From Okamejei kenojei (Eukaryota), in contig CM069156.1 in NCBI GenBank assembly GCA_035221665.1, positions 28,396,001 through 28,460,000 of the forward strand: DNA of 64,000 nt, written 5' to 3'. The notes under the pieces were generated by a model. It was not told the DNA's origin. It ran no database searches and worked only from the letters and a program-made list of their open reading frames with translations. The position numbers and the translations under genes are program-made. Below, piece by piece: positions 37,360 through 50,818 of the stretch. Every line of letters starts with the position of its first letter. The stretch's first letter is position 1.

Positions 37360-38977
37360 CTATTCCAGGGAAGGATAAAGAGTACAAAAATTATTTGTTT
37401 GTGGTACAGAACAATGGGAAAGCAGATTTTTCCAAAGTTTCCTGAATAACTTTAACAATCTTAAAGACTTGTTTAATTTTGAGTTATAATGAAAATGGAG
37501 TTGTTACTTAGCCACATGTATTAACACTTGAATTAAATAAAAAAACTTCAGTGCATTATATTCCAAAACATAATTTTGAGGGAAAAAATATTATATATAG
37601 ATAATATCTGGTGATATCTGAAACTTTTTTTGTTAATTGCTCATAATATAGCTATCTATTAGTGCGAAGCATGGGTATTCAGCTACCAAACCTTTCACTT
37701 GATTGCCCCACCACCCTTTAAAAAAATGTAATGGCTCTTCATAGGTTTTCATTATTTTTAAAGACAGAAATACCATTCCATTATATGTTTTGCCAATTTC
37801 AGGACACTACAGAACATCACCCTGATTAGTAAGGTTTCTTGATTAGTAAGGATGTCAGGGGTAATGGGGTGAAGGCAAGAGAATTGGGTTGAGAAGGAAA
37901 GATCGATCAGCCATGATGGAAGGGCGTAATGGACTTGATGGGCCAATGGCATAATTCTGCTTCTAGAAGTTTTGAACTTATCACCCAACAAGTTAATCCA
38001 CACTATTTTATGAAGTGCTTAACTGAAATTGACAAAACTATAAACAGTTACAGTTTTACTGCTACCCAGCACTGTGTAAATAACAAACCCATCATGGCAT
38101 GGCATTTTACTAGAAATGAAGGTATCTTTAAGGCAGTGAATCTGCTGTAGTATAGTATCATTGATTTTGGCACAGTTATTAATTCAAATATAAATTTAAT
38201 TTGTGAGTATTGTACCATGAGCACCTAACAGCTAAGCCTGGTCCTGTCCTACTGAATATCTGGATGCATCTGTTTTCCAGCAGGTGTCACAGGATAAAGA
38301 AGAAAGCCTGGCTGATATTTTTCCTTGTGTTGACAGATGCCAAATCCAATCAGGGCTTCCAAACCACTGTCAGCTAATTCAGAGAGATTAGAAATAAAGT
38401 CTGCAACCTTGAATTTTTGCCATGCTGGCCAAATCCTAAACAACATAGCTGTCAAACTGGGTCAATGTCAATTGGTAAAGAAAACACGCCAATTGGTAAA
38501 GAAAAACATGGCAAATAATGAAAAAGCAAGAAAAATTGCAGATGCCCCAAATCTGAAATATAAAGAGAAATTAGTGGATATATTCAGTAGGTTAGGTACC
38601 ATTTTGTGGAAAGAGAAACAGTGTTAATGTCCTCTCAGCAGACAAGGTTATTGACCTGAAATATTAATATCCACAAACACAATCCATCCATCAATCAATT
38701 TATCAATCTATCTCATCATAAGAAATGTTTGATTCACTACTTCCAGTATTTCCCGTTTGCGCTACACACAAAATAAATTATTTCAACTTGTTTTCAGCCA
38801 GGGGAGTGGTAGAGTTTTAAAATTGGCAATTACTGTCATGGGCCAGAAGCCGAAGTCAACGGCAATCTCTTATAGTGACACATCTCTATCAGTTGATCTG
38901 AATGCCTTTTACGCCCGTTTTGAATAGGCAAACAAAGCTCTCCCTAAGTACATCCCCCGATCGCCCAATGGCTCTGT

Positions 38978-39878
38978 CCGATACATCTGGGTGGCAGTGT
39001 GAACTATGAGGAGGATGCTATGAGAATGCAGGGTGACTTGGACAGGTTGGGGGAGTAGGTAGATGCATGGCAGATGCAGTTTAATGTAGATAAATGTGAG
39101 GTTAACCACTTTGGTAGCAAAAACAGGAAGGCGGATTATTATCAAAATAATGTCAAGTTGGGAAAAGGGGAAGTACAACAGGATCTGGGAGTCCTTGTTC
39201 ATCAGTCAATGAAAGTAAGCATGCAGGTACAGCAGGGAGTGAAGAAAGTGAATGGCATGTTGGCCTTCATAACAAGAGGAGTTGAGTAGAAGCAAAGAGG
39301 TCCTTCTGCAGTTATACAGGCCCCGAGTGAGACCACACCTGGAGTATTGTGTGCAGTTTTGGTCCCCTAATTTGAGGAAGGACATTATTGCTATTGAGGG
39401 AGTGCAGCGCAGGTTTACAAGGTTAATTCCCGGGATGGCGGGACTATCATATGCTGAGAGAATGGAGCGGCTGGGCTTGTATACTCCGGAGTTTAGGATG
39501 AGAGGGGATCTTATTGAAACATATAACATTATTAAGGGTTTGGACACGCTAGAGGCAGGAAACATGTTCCCGATGTTGGGGGAGTCCAGAACCAGGAGCC
39601 ACAGTTTAAGAATAAGGGGTAAGCCATTTAGAATGGAGATGCGGAAACACGTTTTCACACAGAGTTGTGAGTCTGTGGAATTCTCTGTGGGCGGTGGAGG
39701 CCGGTCCTCTGGATACTTTCAAGAGAGCGCTAGTTAGGGCTCTTAAAGATAGCGGAGTCAGGAGATCTGGAGAGGTGGCAGGAACGGGGTATTGATTGGT
39801 GATGATCAGCCATGATCACATTGAAAGAGGTGCTGGCTCGAAGGGCCGAATGGCCTACTCCTGCACCTATTGTCTATC
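38978..39878 (+). mobile_element. CR1 LINE 3' part, inserted into a Rex1-like element
   Basis: MQFNVDKCEV.HFG...VRPHLEYCVQFWSP...RGDLIETY and the CR1 3' UTR. Confidence 0.9.
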
Positions 39879-41375
39879 TCAATGGCAGAACTCAGAACTA
39901 CTTTCACAACTGTAAAGTTTTGGAAAGCAGCTTAGACGGAGACCCGAGACATGTTCTGAAAGCATGCAGCAGTCAACTGGCTACAGTCATCTCCTTGTCT
40001 ACTTCAGAAAAACCTCCATCATTCCAGTCCCAAGAAAAATGAAGTAACCTGTCTCAATAACTACCACCTAATTGCTCTATTGTCGACCATAATGAAATGT
40101 TTGGAAAAATTTGTAATGGCCCATATTGTGCCAGTCATCCAGACAATATAGATCCCTACTGGAAAAATAAGTCTAGGGAGGACGCCATCTCTCTTGCATT
40201 ACATTCAGCCATGATGATCTTGGTCTTGATGATCAGAACACCTATGTCATGATACTTTTCTTGACTATAGTTCAGCCTTCACCACTTTAATTCCAAATAA
40301 GATCATCTCTAAACGTCTTGTCCTCGGCCTTGAGTCTCCATAGGCAACTGTCTTCTTGACTTCTTGATCAACGGACCTCAGACAGTTAGAATTGGTTACA
40401 ACATTAACTCCACTCTGAGCCTCAACACTAGGTTGTGAGCTCAGTCCCTTGCTCTACTTTCTGTATGTCTATGATAGTGTGGCCAAGAACAATTCCACTT
40501 CACTCTTTAAGTTTGCACTTATCGCTGTTGTTGGCCAGATCTACAACAACGATGAAATGAAGCACAAGAAATAGATTGAGAACCTAATGTCATGGTGTCA
40601 GGACAATCACCTAGCCCTTAACATCAGCAAGGCAAAAGAGTTGATTGTTGACCAAAGGAAGCGTGGGGGTGAACTCAAACCTGTCCTCAGCAATGGAACA
40701 GCTGATGAGCTCATCAACCATAGCTTCAGGTTCTTTAACATCCATATCAGCAAAAACCCAAGTCCCTTCACGCTGATGTGGTGATCTAAAAAGCACTTTA
40801 ACGTATTTATTTTCTTAGGCACCTGAGAAGATTCAGCATGTCCCTGAGGATTCTCTCAAATATTCTCTCTATAGATGTGCTTCAGAAAGTATTCTGATTG
40901 GATATACATCTCAACCTGGTATGGCAACCTCTCAACTGTTGACTGAATGAACCTTCAAAGTGGTGAACACACCCCAGTCCATCACAGGCTCTTCACTTCC
41001 TTCCACTTCGTCCATTTTCAGAATGCTAGAAACGGGAAGTCTCTTCTGGGAGAAGAGAGAGGAACTTCAGACTTAAGAACAGCTTCTTCCTCACTGTTTT
41101 CTGTCTCCCGAACTAATCATCTCTTTTATACACACTTTCTGGAGATGCTACCATGTACTCTTATTCTTAACACATTCAGTTATTCCATTATTGTACTTTT
41201 AAATTCGTTTGCACTGACTGGATTTTGCACTACAATCCTGCACCATTCTGTTGTTTTGCACAGATTGTATTTATTATATTGACCATGATTATGTGTACAG
41301 TTTAATCTGTGAATTTCATGTGAACAAGTAATTTTATTACACCCTGGTATATATGACAATAATCTAATCTAATCT
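39879..41375 (+). mobile_element. Degenerate Rex1/Babar-type LINE (RT region and 3' tail; upstream part at about 38790-38977)
   Basis: CLNNY..IAL....MKCLE, DYSSAF and WCQDNHLALNISKAKELIVD motifs; (aatct)n tail near 41360. Confidence 0.7.
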
Positions 41376-41982
41376 ATTCTGTGCAAGAAGTCATCATTTG
41401 AGAATTATATACTGCTGGAGGAGATTACACAGATAGAATTTTGAAATTATGGAGGAATCTGAGAAGAGGACAAGAATGTTTAATTAAGGAATTTTATAAC
41501 CAGTAGGCAAGCACAAGGGGATGGATGAAGACGTATACTATTTAGTGGGACACTGGCAATGAAGATGTGAGTGATCTCTAGATCATGGAAATTAAAACAA
41601 AGGATAATGACCAGGTATGTATTGGAATAATTATATATAACCGGCAAGATAAGGGTTTCAACAATTTTTAAATCATGACACGGTATGAAGGCTATTTTAG
41701 CAGTTCTTGGTGAAGACAGAGATGAGATTCAAAGCTCAACTGTGGGTCAAAGATAACATCAAAGTCATACAAGGTCTGCTACAGTGAGGACAGAGTTGAT
41801 GACCAGAGACAAAACTTTTCTTTAGGAATAATGTCCATAGCTTCAGGTTTTCTTGGAAGAGTTTTACATTCATTCAGTAGTCGATATGAATCAAATTATC
41901 TGACAATGTAGATAGTGGAAGGTTTTTGTTGAAATAAAGCTAGGCTTCATCTGTGCACACGTGGAAACTATCCAGAGCTCAC

Positions 41983-42126
41983 CTGTATACCAGGCTGCTC
42001 CAGATGGCTGATGTGCTTTTGTACAAAAGGACGTCCCAAAAGCTGTAGAATTATCTGTCTTCGTTCAGAATTCTTCAATTGATCCTCAATTTCACAAACA
42101 AGGGCAGATTCTAATTTTTCATAAAC
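41983..42126 (-). CDS. Second coding exon of the unnamed TBC-like gene (VYEKLESALVCEIEDQLK...EQPGIQ)
   Basis: ttttaaactcag acceptor, gtgagc donor; 144 nt, phase 0 to 0. Confidence 0.85.
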
Positions 42127-42419
42127 CTGAGTTTAAAATATAGGCAAGCACATGAGTTATGACACACTCTTTACAAAGGAACTACTGTTTTACAATTCAT
42201 TTCATATTTTCTTACAACATAGAAGATCAATGCCACGTCACAAAGCAATATCATTCCCCTGTTATTTTTTCCCTGTAATCAACTCGCTAAAGAATCTCAT
42301 CAATCACTCCAAATTACAACACTCACCTCCATTTTTGGAGTAATTTACAGTGGCTTATTCAATTACCAACACACACATGAAATTAGTGAACTTAGGGAAG
42401 CACATGGTTTCAGTAGGAA

Positions 42420-43235
42420 CATAGTGACACAGCTGGCGTCCTGGTGCCATTGCAACAACCTGGAGCTCAATGCCCTTAAGACAGTGAAGTTGATTGTAGA
42501 CTTTAGGAGAGCTCCCCCTCCCCTCACCCCACTCACCATTAACAACGCCACAGTCACATCTGTGGAGTCTTTTAAGTTCCTGGGAACCATCATCTCCAAG
42601 GACCTTAAATGGGGGGCCACCATCAACTCCAGAGTCAAAAAGGCACAACAGAGGATGTACTTCTTGCGGCAGCTGAGGAAGCACAATCTGCCACAGGCAA
42701 TGATGGTCCAATTCTATACAGCCATCGTAGAGTCTGTCCTCACCTTCTCCATCATGGTCTGGTTTGGCTCACCCACCAAGCATGACATCCAGAGGCTGCA
42801 GCGAATCGTCCGATCAGCTGAGAAGGTTATTGGCTGCAACCGTCCCTGAATTGACGAACTGTACACTGCAAGGGCCAGGAAGCGAGTGGGTAAGATCCTC
42901 TCTGACCCCTGTCATCCTGGCCACAAACTCTTTGAATCGCTTTCCTCTGGAAGGCGACTCGGACTGTCAAAGCTGCCACAGCCAGACATAAAAACAGCTT
43001 TTTTCCACGTAGTAGCTCTACTCAATAACCAAAAATCTGTAGCCTCCTTTTGTTCTGGTATTCTATTTAATTCACGTGTTTAATCGATAATGTTTTATTA
43101 TTAATGTTTAATGTTTTATGTGTTATTCCTAACTGTCACCGTATGTCATGTTGTCACTTCTGGGCAGAGCACCAAGGCAAATTCCTTGTATGTGAATACT
43201 TGGCCAATAAACTTATTCATTCATTCATTCATTCA
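42420..43235 (+). mobile_element. Rex1-type LINE 3' fragment, relatively young
   Basis: WCHCNNLELNALKTVKLIVDFRR...FKFLGTIIS.DLKW...KKAQQRMYFLRQL; AATAAA followed by an (ATTC)n tail at 43215-43235. Confidence 0.9.
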
Positions 43236-44464
43236 TATAAACTGCACACAGACAGCAATAGAGGCAAGGATTATATCCTGGTTGCTGGAGATGTGAAGCA
43301 CAGCTTTGGTATCTGAGCCACTATGCTCTAAAATGGTCCTCTTCCAGTTGTTTTGATGTTTTACAATGTTTCTATCCATGAATATGTAGAAACAATTGTG
43401 CTTGCAGTGAGGAGAAGCTGAGTTTTCAATGTACGTAGAAATTTAGTTGTTTGTTGAGAGCAAAGAATTTACACCATTATATTTAAATCCCAGTATCAAG
43501 AAATGTGGGACCAGAAATCAAATGCTGTTAAAGATGCAAAAGAACCTTTAATAAAGGAAATAACGCCAGAAGTTTGATGTGGTTGACCTAAAACCTGAAA
43601 TTGGTTTCCTTTTCTTCCAATCTCTACAATTCCCCAATCAAACTATTCAATTCTGCCAAGATAATACTGAAATTAGAGGAGCAAAGACACAAGTCAGTGC
43701 TTGTTCTTTGTAAATCTTTCTGCATCACCCAAATATAATGCAGATTTTACACATTCACCCTGACTGTGTGATCTGTTCAATAAGTTTCTCTCCCTTACTA
43801 ATCACCTAGAGTCCTACAAATTCTTGCTTTTCAAGAATGTTTAATTCCATTTTACATGGCCTTGTGCAAGAGCTATGGGTTAATAGGGGATGACCTCTCA
43901 ATCATCATCAAAACAAATATTTGAGATTATGAACCCAAACTCACACATTTGCCCCACAGCATTCAGGTCACAGACTCATGCTCAAAGCCGACAAATGAAT
44001 AATCATGCATATTCCCCATATCATTTGAAAGTTATCACTAAATCCTCTTACATTTTTACCCTTTCAAACTGCATTTCAGAAAATTCATTTTCTAAAAAAT
44101 ATTTTCACATCTCCACATTTATTCTTTTGCTAATTATCTTAAATCTTAAGTTGCAATTTATAAAGCATGATGTCTTCCTACTATTCATTGGAAGTTTTAG
44201 TTATATGCTTATTTAGTTGCATGATTTATTATACTTAAGAAGGAGGATGTAGATCAGTCAGTATTAGTTGACCCGATCCATGTCATGTTTTACTGCATAT
44301 CACTGTGTACTCAAACAATCATCTGGTTGAATGTCTCATATTATCTAGTCTGTTAGTCCAGCCTCTAGTTGGATTTGTTGCTGAGCTTGAGTTTACAACA
44401 CCAATGTATCTGTGTGTTTACTATAATAAACAACTTATGTACGTATCCTGAGTTATTACACATG

Positions 44465-47400
44465 TTTGGCGAGTCGAGACAGTCGGGTCCAATAAAGTTC
44501 TTTATTTTTTAAACAAAAATAAAGTGATTACCCGAGTCGATATTGTCAGCCAAAATAAATGACGCTCACTCAAACCGCGTGGAGCTGGAATGAATGGTTT
44601 TACAGAAAAACCTGCGAAAACGCACCCCCGCTCACATGACCGCGCCAGCCAATAGCGAGGGTTCGACATTACCAGGGCCACCGCTAGGTGTCGCTACAGG
44701 ACACCCCCCCAGAACCCGAGGTACGGAACCGTGCGTGAGGTTGGACACGGCGACCGCAATGTGTGGTAACAACGGACGGGGCGGGAGATACAGGTGGGGC
44801 TGGCAGAACAGAGCCAGGACAGTACCAATATATGGTACATATTGGTACCAATGACATAGGTAAAAAAAGAGAAGAGATCCTGAAAGGAGAATTTAGGGAG
44901 TTAGGAAGAGAATTAAGGAAAAGAACTGCAAACATAACAATCTCAGGATTACTTCCTGTGCTACGCGACAGTGAGAGTGGGAATGGAGCAAGGTGGAGGA
45001 TAAATGCCTGGCTGAAGGACTGGTGCAGAGGGCAGGGATTCAAGTTTCTGGATCAATGGAACCTCTTTTGGGGAAGGAGTGACCTGTATAAAAAGGACGG
45101 GTTGCACTTGATCCCGAGGGGGACCAGTATCCTGGCAGGGAAATTTGCAAAGGCTACCGGGGGGACTTTAAACTAGAACGGTTGGAACGAGGGACTCAAA
45201 TAGAGAAATCCAGTAGACAGGGTCTGAGGCAGGAGGCAGAGAAGGGAAGCACTCAGACCCAAAATATAGGGGGGAAAGAAAAAAATAAATAAACAGAGAA
45301 TAAGACGTGGTGGGTTTCCAGGGCAAAAATCAAAAGGGACCACTTGTCAGCATAATTGTATAAGGAGGAAGAGTGTTGTAAAAACAAGCCTGAAGGTTTT
45401 GTGTCTCAATGCAAGGAGCATTCGTAATAAGGTGAACAAGTTGAATGTGCAGATAGTTATTAATGACTATGCTATAGTTGGGATCACGGAGACATGGCTC
45501 CAGGGGGACCAAGGCTGGGAGCTGTAGAAAGAAAGGAAATGGAGGTGGGGTAGCGTTGCTGGTGAGAGAGGAGATTAATGCAATAGAAAGGAAGGACATT
45601 AGCTTGGAGGATGTGGAATCAATATGGGTAGAACTGCAAAATTTTAAGGGGCAGAAAACGCTAGTGGGTGTTGTGTACAGGCCACCTAACAGTAGTAGCG
45701 GAGTTGGGGATGGCATCAAACAGGAAATTGGAAATGCGTGCAACAAGGGTAAAACAGTTATAATGGGTGACTTCAATCTACATATAGATTGGGTGAATCA
45801 AATAGGCAGGGGTGCTGAGGAAGAGGATTTCTTGGAATGTATGCGGGATAGTTTTCTATACCAACATGTAGAGGAACCAACGAGAGAGCAGGCTATTCTA
45901 GACTGGGTATTAAGTAATGAGGAAGGGTTAGTTAGCAGTCTTGTTGTGCGGGGCCTCTTGGGCAAGAGTGACCATAATATGGTTGAGTTCTTCATTAGGA
46001 TGGAGAGTGACATAATTAAGTCAGAAACAAGGGTTCTGAACTTAAACAAAGGTAACTTTGAAGGTATGAGAAGTGAATTGGCCAAGATAGACTGGCAAGT
46101 GATTCTTAAAGGGTTGACAGTGGATGTGCAATGGAAGGTATTTAAAGACTGCATGGATGAACTACAACAATTGTTCATCCCAGGTTTTGCAAAATAATAA
46201 ATCTGGGCAGGTAGTGCATCCATGGATAACAAGGGAAATCAGGGATAGTATAAAAACAAAAGATGAAGCATAGAAATTAGCCAGAAAAAGCAGCTTACCA
46301 GAGGACTGGGAGAAATTCAGAGTTCAGCAGAGGAAGTCAAAGGACTTAATTAGGAAAGGGAAAATAGATTATGAAAGAAAACTGTCAGGGAACATAAAAA
46401 CTGACTGCAAAAGTTTTTATAGATATGTGTAGAGAAAGAGATTAGTTAAAACAAATGTAGGTCCCTTGCAGTCAGAAACAGGCGAATTGATCATGGGGAA
46501 CAAGGACATGGCAGACCAATTGAATAACTACTTTGGTTCTGTCTTCACTAAGGAAGACATAAATAATCTGCCGGAAATAGCAGGGGACCGGGGGTCAAAT
46601 AAGGTGGAGGAACTGAATGAAATCCAGGTTAGCCGAGAAGTGGTGTTGGGTAAATTGAATGGATTAAAGGCCGATAAATCCCCAGGGCCAGATAGTCTGC
46701 TTCCCAGAGTACTCAAGGAAGTAGCCACAGAAATAGTGGATGCATTAGTGATAATTTTTCAAAACTCCTTAGATTCTGGAGTAGTTCCTGAGGATTGGAG
46801 GGTAGCTAATGTAACCTCACTTTTTAAGAAAGGAGGGCGAGAGAAAATGGGAAATTACAGACCAGTTAGTCTAACATCGGTAGTGGGGAAACTGCTGGAG
46901 TCAGTTATTAAAGATGGGATAGCATGGAGAACCAGTGGATGTGTTATATCGACAAGGTCCCACATAAGAGATTAGTATACAAACTTAAAGCACACGGTAT
47001 TGGGGGTTCAGTATTGATGTGGATAGAGAACTGGCTGGCAGACAGGAAGCAAAGGGTAGGAGTAAACGGGTCCTTTTCAGAATGGCAGGCAGTGACTAGT
47101 AGGGTACCGCAAGGCTCAGTGCTGGGGCCCCAGCTATTTACAATATATATTAATGATTTGGACGAGGGAATTGAATGCAACATCTCCAAGTTTGCGGATG
47201 ACACTAAGCTGGGGGGTAGTGTTAGGTGTGAGGAGGATGCTAGGAGGCTGCAAGGTAACTTGGATAGGATGGGTGAGTGGGCAAATGCATGGCAGATGCA
47301 GTATAATGTGGATAAATGTGAGGTTATCCACTTTGGTGGCAAAAACAGGAGGGTAGACTATTATCTTAATGGTGGCAAATTAGCAAAAGGGGAGATGCAA

Positions 47401-50041
47401 CGAGACCTGGGTGTCATGGTACACCAATCATTGAAAGTAGGCATGCAGGTGCAGCAGGCAGTGAAGAAAGCAAATGGTATGTTAGCATTCATAGCGAAAG
47501 GATTTGAGTATAGGAGCAGGGAGGTTCTACTGCAGTTGTACAGGATCTTGGTGAGACCACACCCGGAGTATTGCGTATAGTTTTGGTTCCAAATCTGAGA
47601 AAAGACATTCTTGCCATAGAAGGGGTACAGAGAAGGTTCACCAGACTGATTCCTGGGATGTCAGGACTTTCATATGAGGAAAAACTGGATAGACTTGGCT
47701 TGTACTCGCTAGAATTTAGAAGACTGAGGGGGGATCTTATAGAAACTTACAAAATTCTTAAGGGGTTGGATAGGCTAGATGCGGGAAGATTGTTCCCGAT
47801 GTTGGGGAGATCCAGAACAAGTGGTCACAGTCTAAGGATAAGGGGTAATTCCTTTAGGACCGAGATGAGGGAAACATTTTTCACGCAGAGAGTGGTGAGT
47901 CTCTGGAATTATTTGCCACAGAAGGTAGTTGAGGCCAGTTCATTGGCTATATTTAAGAGGGAGTTAGATTTGGCCCTTGTGGCTAAAGGGATCAGGGGGT
48001 ATGGAGAGAAGGCAGGTACAGGATACTGAGTTGGATGATCAGCCATGATCATATTGAATGGCGGTGCAGGCTCGAAGGGCCGAATGGCCTACTCCTGCAC
48101 CTATTTTCTATGTTTCTATGTTTCTATGTAATGGTGCAGGAGGAACAGAAACAACAGGTGAGAGGGGAACAGGCACAACAGGTGCGACCGGACCGGTCAG
48201 TGGAGGTTGCGCCGCCACCTCCGGGCTGTCGACATTCAGGTGGGCCGGCTTAAGTCGAGCGACGGAGACGATCTCCTCTCTGCCCCCGTCGTCCAAAAGG
48301 AAAGTCGCGATGCCGGGTCGCAACACCCGGAACGGACCCTCGTAGATTCACTGCCGTGGGGACCGCTGCGAATCCCTGCGGATAAACACCAATAGGCAGT
48401 TCTTAAGGTCCGGCGCCACATGCACTGGGGCAGTCCCATGCCGTGAGGTAGGAACAGGGGCCAGGCCGCCCACTCTCTCCCGGAGACTCGCCAAAACCGC
48501 TGAGGTAGACTCCGGCTGCCCTCGAACCGCAGGGAGGAAATGCCCGGGCACCCGCAAAGTCGAGCCATATACCAACTCGGCGGACGATCCATCCAAGTCC
48601 GCTTTAGGGATGTGTAGATGCCTAACAGCACCCAAGGCAACTGGTCGACCCAGACTGGACCTGTGAGCCATGCCTTCAGAGTCGATTAGAGTCGATTTCA
48701 GGTGGCGGTGGAATCGTTCCACTAACCCGTTGGCCTGGGGGTGATAGGCGGTGGTGTGGTGCAACTGCGCCCCATATAATTTTGCCAACGAAGCCCACAA
48801 TGTGGACGTAAACTGAATCCCCCGGTCGGTGGAAACATCTGCCCGAACCCCGAATCTAGCAATCCAATGGGCTGTCACTGATCCATGACTGTGAGGAGAT
48901 GCGTGGCACCGCAGGACGGCGGTAACGGACCCACTAAATCCACATGGATGTATTGGAAACAGCACGATGCAACCACAAAGTTTTGCACTGGGGCTCGTAC
49001 ATGACGCTGAACCTTGGGTGTCTGGCAGGGGATGCAGGTTCTAGCCCAAGCCGCGACCTGCTTGCGGTGGCCCTGCCAGACAAATTTGTCCACCACCAGC
49101 GCGGAAGTCGCCCGAATTGAAGGGTGAGCCAGGCCATGGATGGCGTTGAAAATCCAGCGGCGCCAACCCGCAGGAACAATGGGGCGTGGGCGCCCGGTGG
49201 AAACATCGCACAGTACCAACGCTCCTGTGGAGCCAAACAGAAAGTCGGCCAACCGCAACCCTGAAGCGGCCGTCCTGTAGCCATCCATCCTGTCGTCTGA
49301 GCAGCAAACTCCACGTAAGCCACACCATGGTCCACGGACGCCACAGCCGGTAGGGCCGGGCGGGACAGGGTGTCGGCGACCGTGTTGAATTTCCCGGCCA
49401 CATGCTGTACGTCTGTCGTGAACTCTGACTCGAATGCCAGGTGTTGTAGTCAGTAAAAGCCGTGAACGGCCTGCCCTCCAGGAAGTATCTAAAGTGACGG
49501 ATGGCCAGGTACAGTGCGAGGAGCTCCTGGTCGAACGCGCTCGGGGGGTCCTCAGCTCACGGCTGAAAAAGGCTAGCGGCAGCCAGTGGCCGTCAATGAA
49601 CTGCTCCAACACCCCACTCAAGGCCTTATCGGAGGTGTCTGCCGCGTGAGCAGTCAAGGCTGAGGTCTGCAGGTGTACCAGCATGGTGGCTTTGGCCAGC
49701 ACCTCTTTCGCGCCGTCGAACACGGCCTCAGCGTCCGTGGACCACACAAGGTCCCGTGGCTTACCAGCGGGGCACTGAAACAGGGGGCACATGATCCTGG
49801 CGGCCGCTGGCACGAAACGATGATAGAAGTTAACCATGCCGACAAACTCCTGCAGCCCATTTAGTGAGCGGCCTGGGGAACTGCCGGATGGTCACCTTAG
49901 ATGGTCACCTGCGAGGTAACATGGTGCCCCAGGAATGAAATTGTGCTGGCATTTGGCGGGATTGACTACGAGTCCATGGTCCTCGAGCCGCTGGAACATC
50001 GCCCGCAGGTGCGTGAGGCGTTCCTGTTAGCAGCGGCTACA
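44465..50041 (-). mobile_element. Truncated Gypsy LTR retrotransposon (part of RT, RNase H, integrase, PPT, 3' LTR), split by a CR1
   Basis: GMVNFYHRF, PLAFFSR, H-H-C-C zinc finger (HGLAHP..CIPCQ), HVDLVGPLP, TDRG.QF and TTAYHPQANGLVERFHR; G-rich PPT at 44699-44710; LTR 44465-44698 starts TGTAGCG; CATG on both flanks. Confidence 0.9.
44830..48128 (+). mobile_element. Near-full-length CR1 LINE (ORF1 SGNH-esterase end, ORF2 endonuclease-RT, 3' microsatellite), inactivated
   Basis: HIGTNDIG..DGLHL esterase; GVVYRPP, GDFN and SDHN endonuclease; KSPGPD, GNYRPVSLTS, VPQGSVLGP and KFADDTK RT; (TTTCTATG)3 tail; frameshifts and internal deletions near 45525 and 46925. Confidence 0.95.
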
Positions 50042-50695
50042 CATGTTTATAAGATCTCCCATGATCAATGGGCATATTGGCCAGACTGCGTGCTTCCTTC
50101 AAGAGTTACAGTGGAAATTAAAGTGTTGCCCAACTCCTTAGACAACATGCCTTGGAAGTGATGCAGAGGGTTTTGTTGAGGCTTGTCCCGGACAGCTGAA
50201 CAAAATAGGACACTGGGCTGTTCCCATGGATTGCACACTGAGACATATATCAACTGTTGCTGGAAAACCAGTGCAATGTGTCTCCTGGCCTGCCTGAAAT
50301 TCACTGATGCAAAGGTATAATCCACAGATGAATGCTATAAATAGACACATTCAAATATCCACAACTGAGTGCTAAGTGTCATGCTGAAGCTCAATGCAGC
50401 CAGTGCATGGGCTCTATGGGAAAGAACTACAGTTCATTGCACATTAATTAGCTGAGTGTTTTAAAATCCTGTGAACTATTTGCTTTAAGGTTGAATAGAA
50501 ACAATAACTATGATGTGCTAATTTTAAGCAATGGAAATAACAACCTGTTATGAAAATATTGAATTGAGTGTTATATATTACATTTCCATTTTTCATGATA
50601 AAGTACATTTTGAAATTAAAGAAATACTTTTCCAGTGATGGTATTTATATCGCTGAATACAATTTAAAAAAAAGACAATCCAGTCATATACTGAC

Positions 50696-50818
50696 CTTGT
50701 GCCATGGTTTGCCTGGGAATAATGTCTCCTGCAGGCTTGAGTCCAGCCAATCCATCTTGAATGGATGGTTATTCATGTCGGATCCCAGATGATATCCAGT
50801 GCTTTTTGAGATACTCAT
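50696..50818 (-). CDS. First coding exon of the unnamed TBC-like gene (MSISKSTGYHLGSDMNNHPFKMDWLDSSLQETLFPGKPWHK); exon extends as UTR to 50851
   Basis: attgcag acceptor at 50852-50854, in-frame TGA TGA just upstream of the ATG, gtcagt donor; phase 0 joins VYEKLE. Confidence 0.75.

Noticed and set aside
38252-38435. Possible exon of the minus-strand gene (IWPAWQKFKVADF...HPDI)
   Set aside because: Open only in phase 2 while the flanking junction is phase 0; inclusion would hit a stop.
44830-48029. Active CR1 or domesticated RT gene
   Set aside because: 5'-truncated ORF1, in-frame stops, frameshifts and two internal deletions in ORF2.
50151-50293. Possible exon AGQETHCTGF...SLPR
   Set aside because: Needs a GC donor and ends in phase 2, which is incompatible with the next phase-0 exon.
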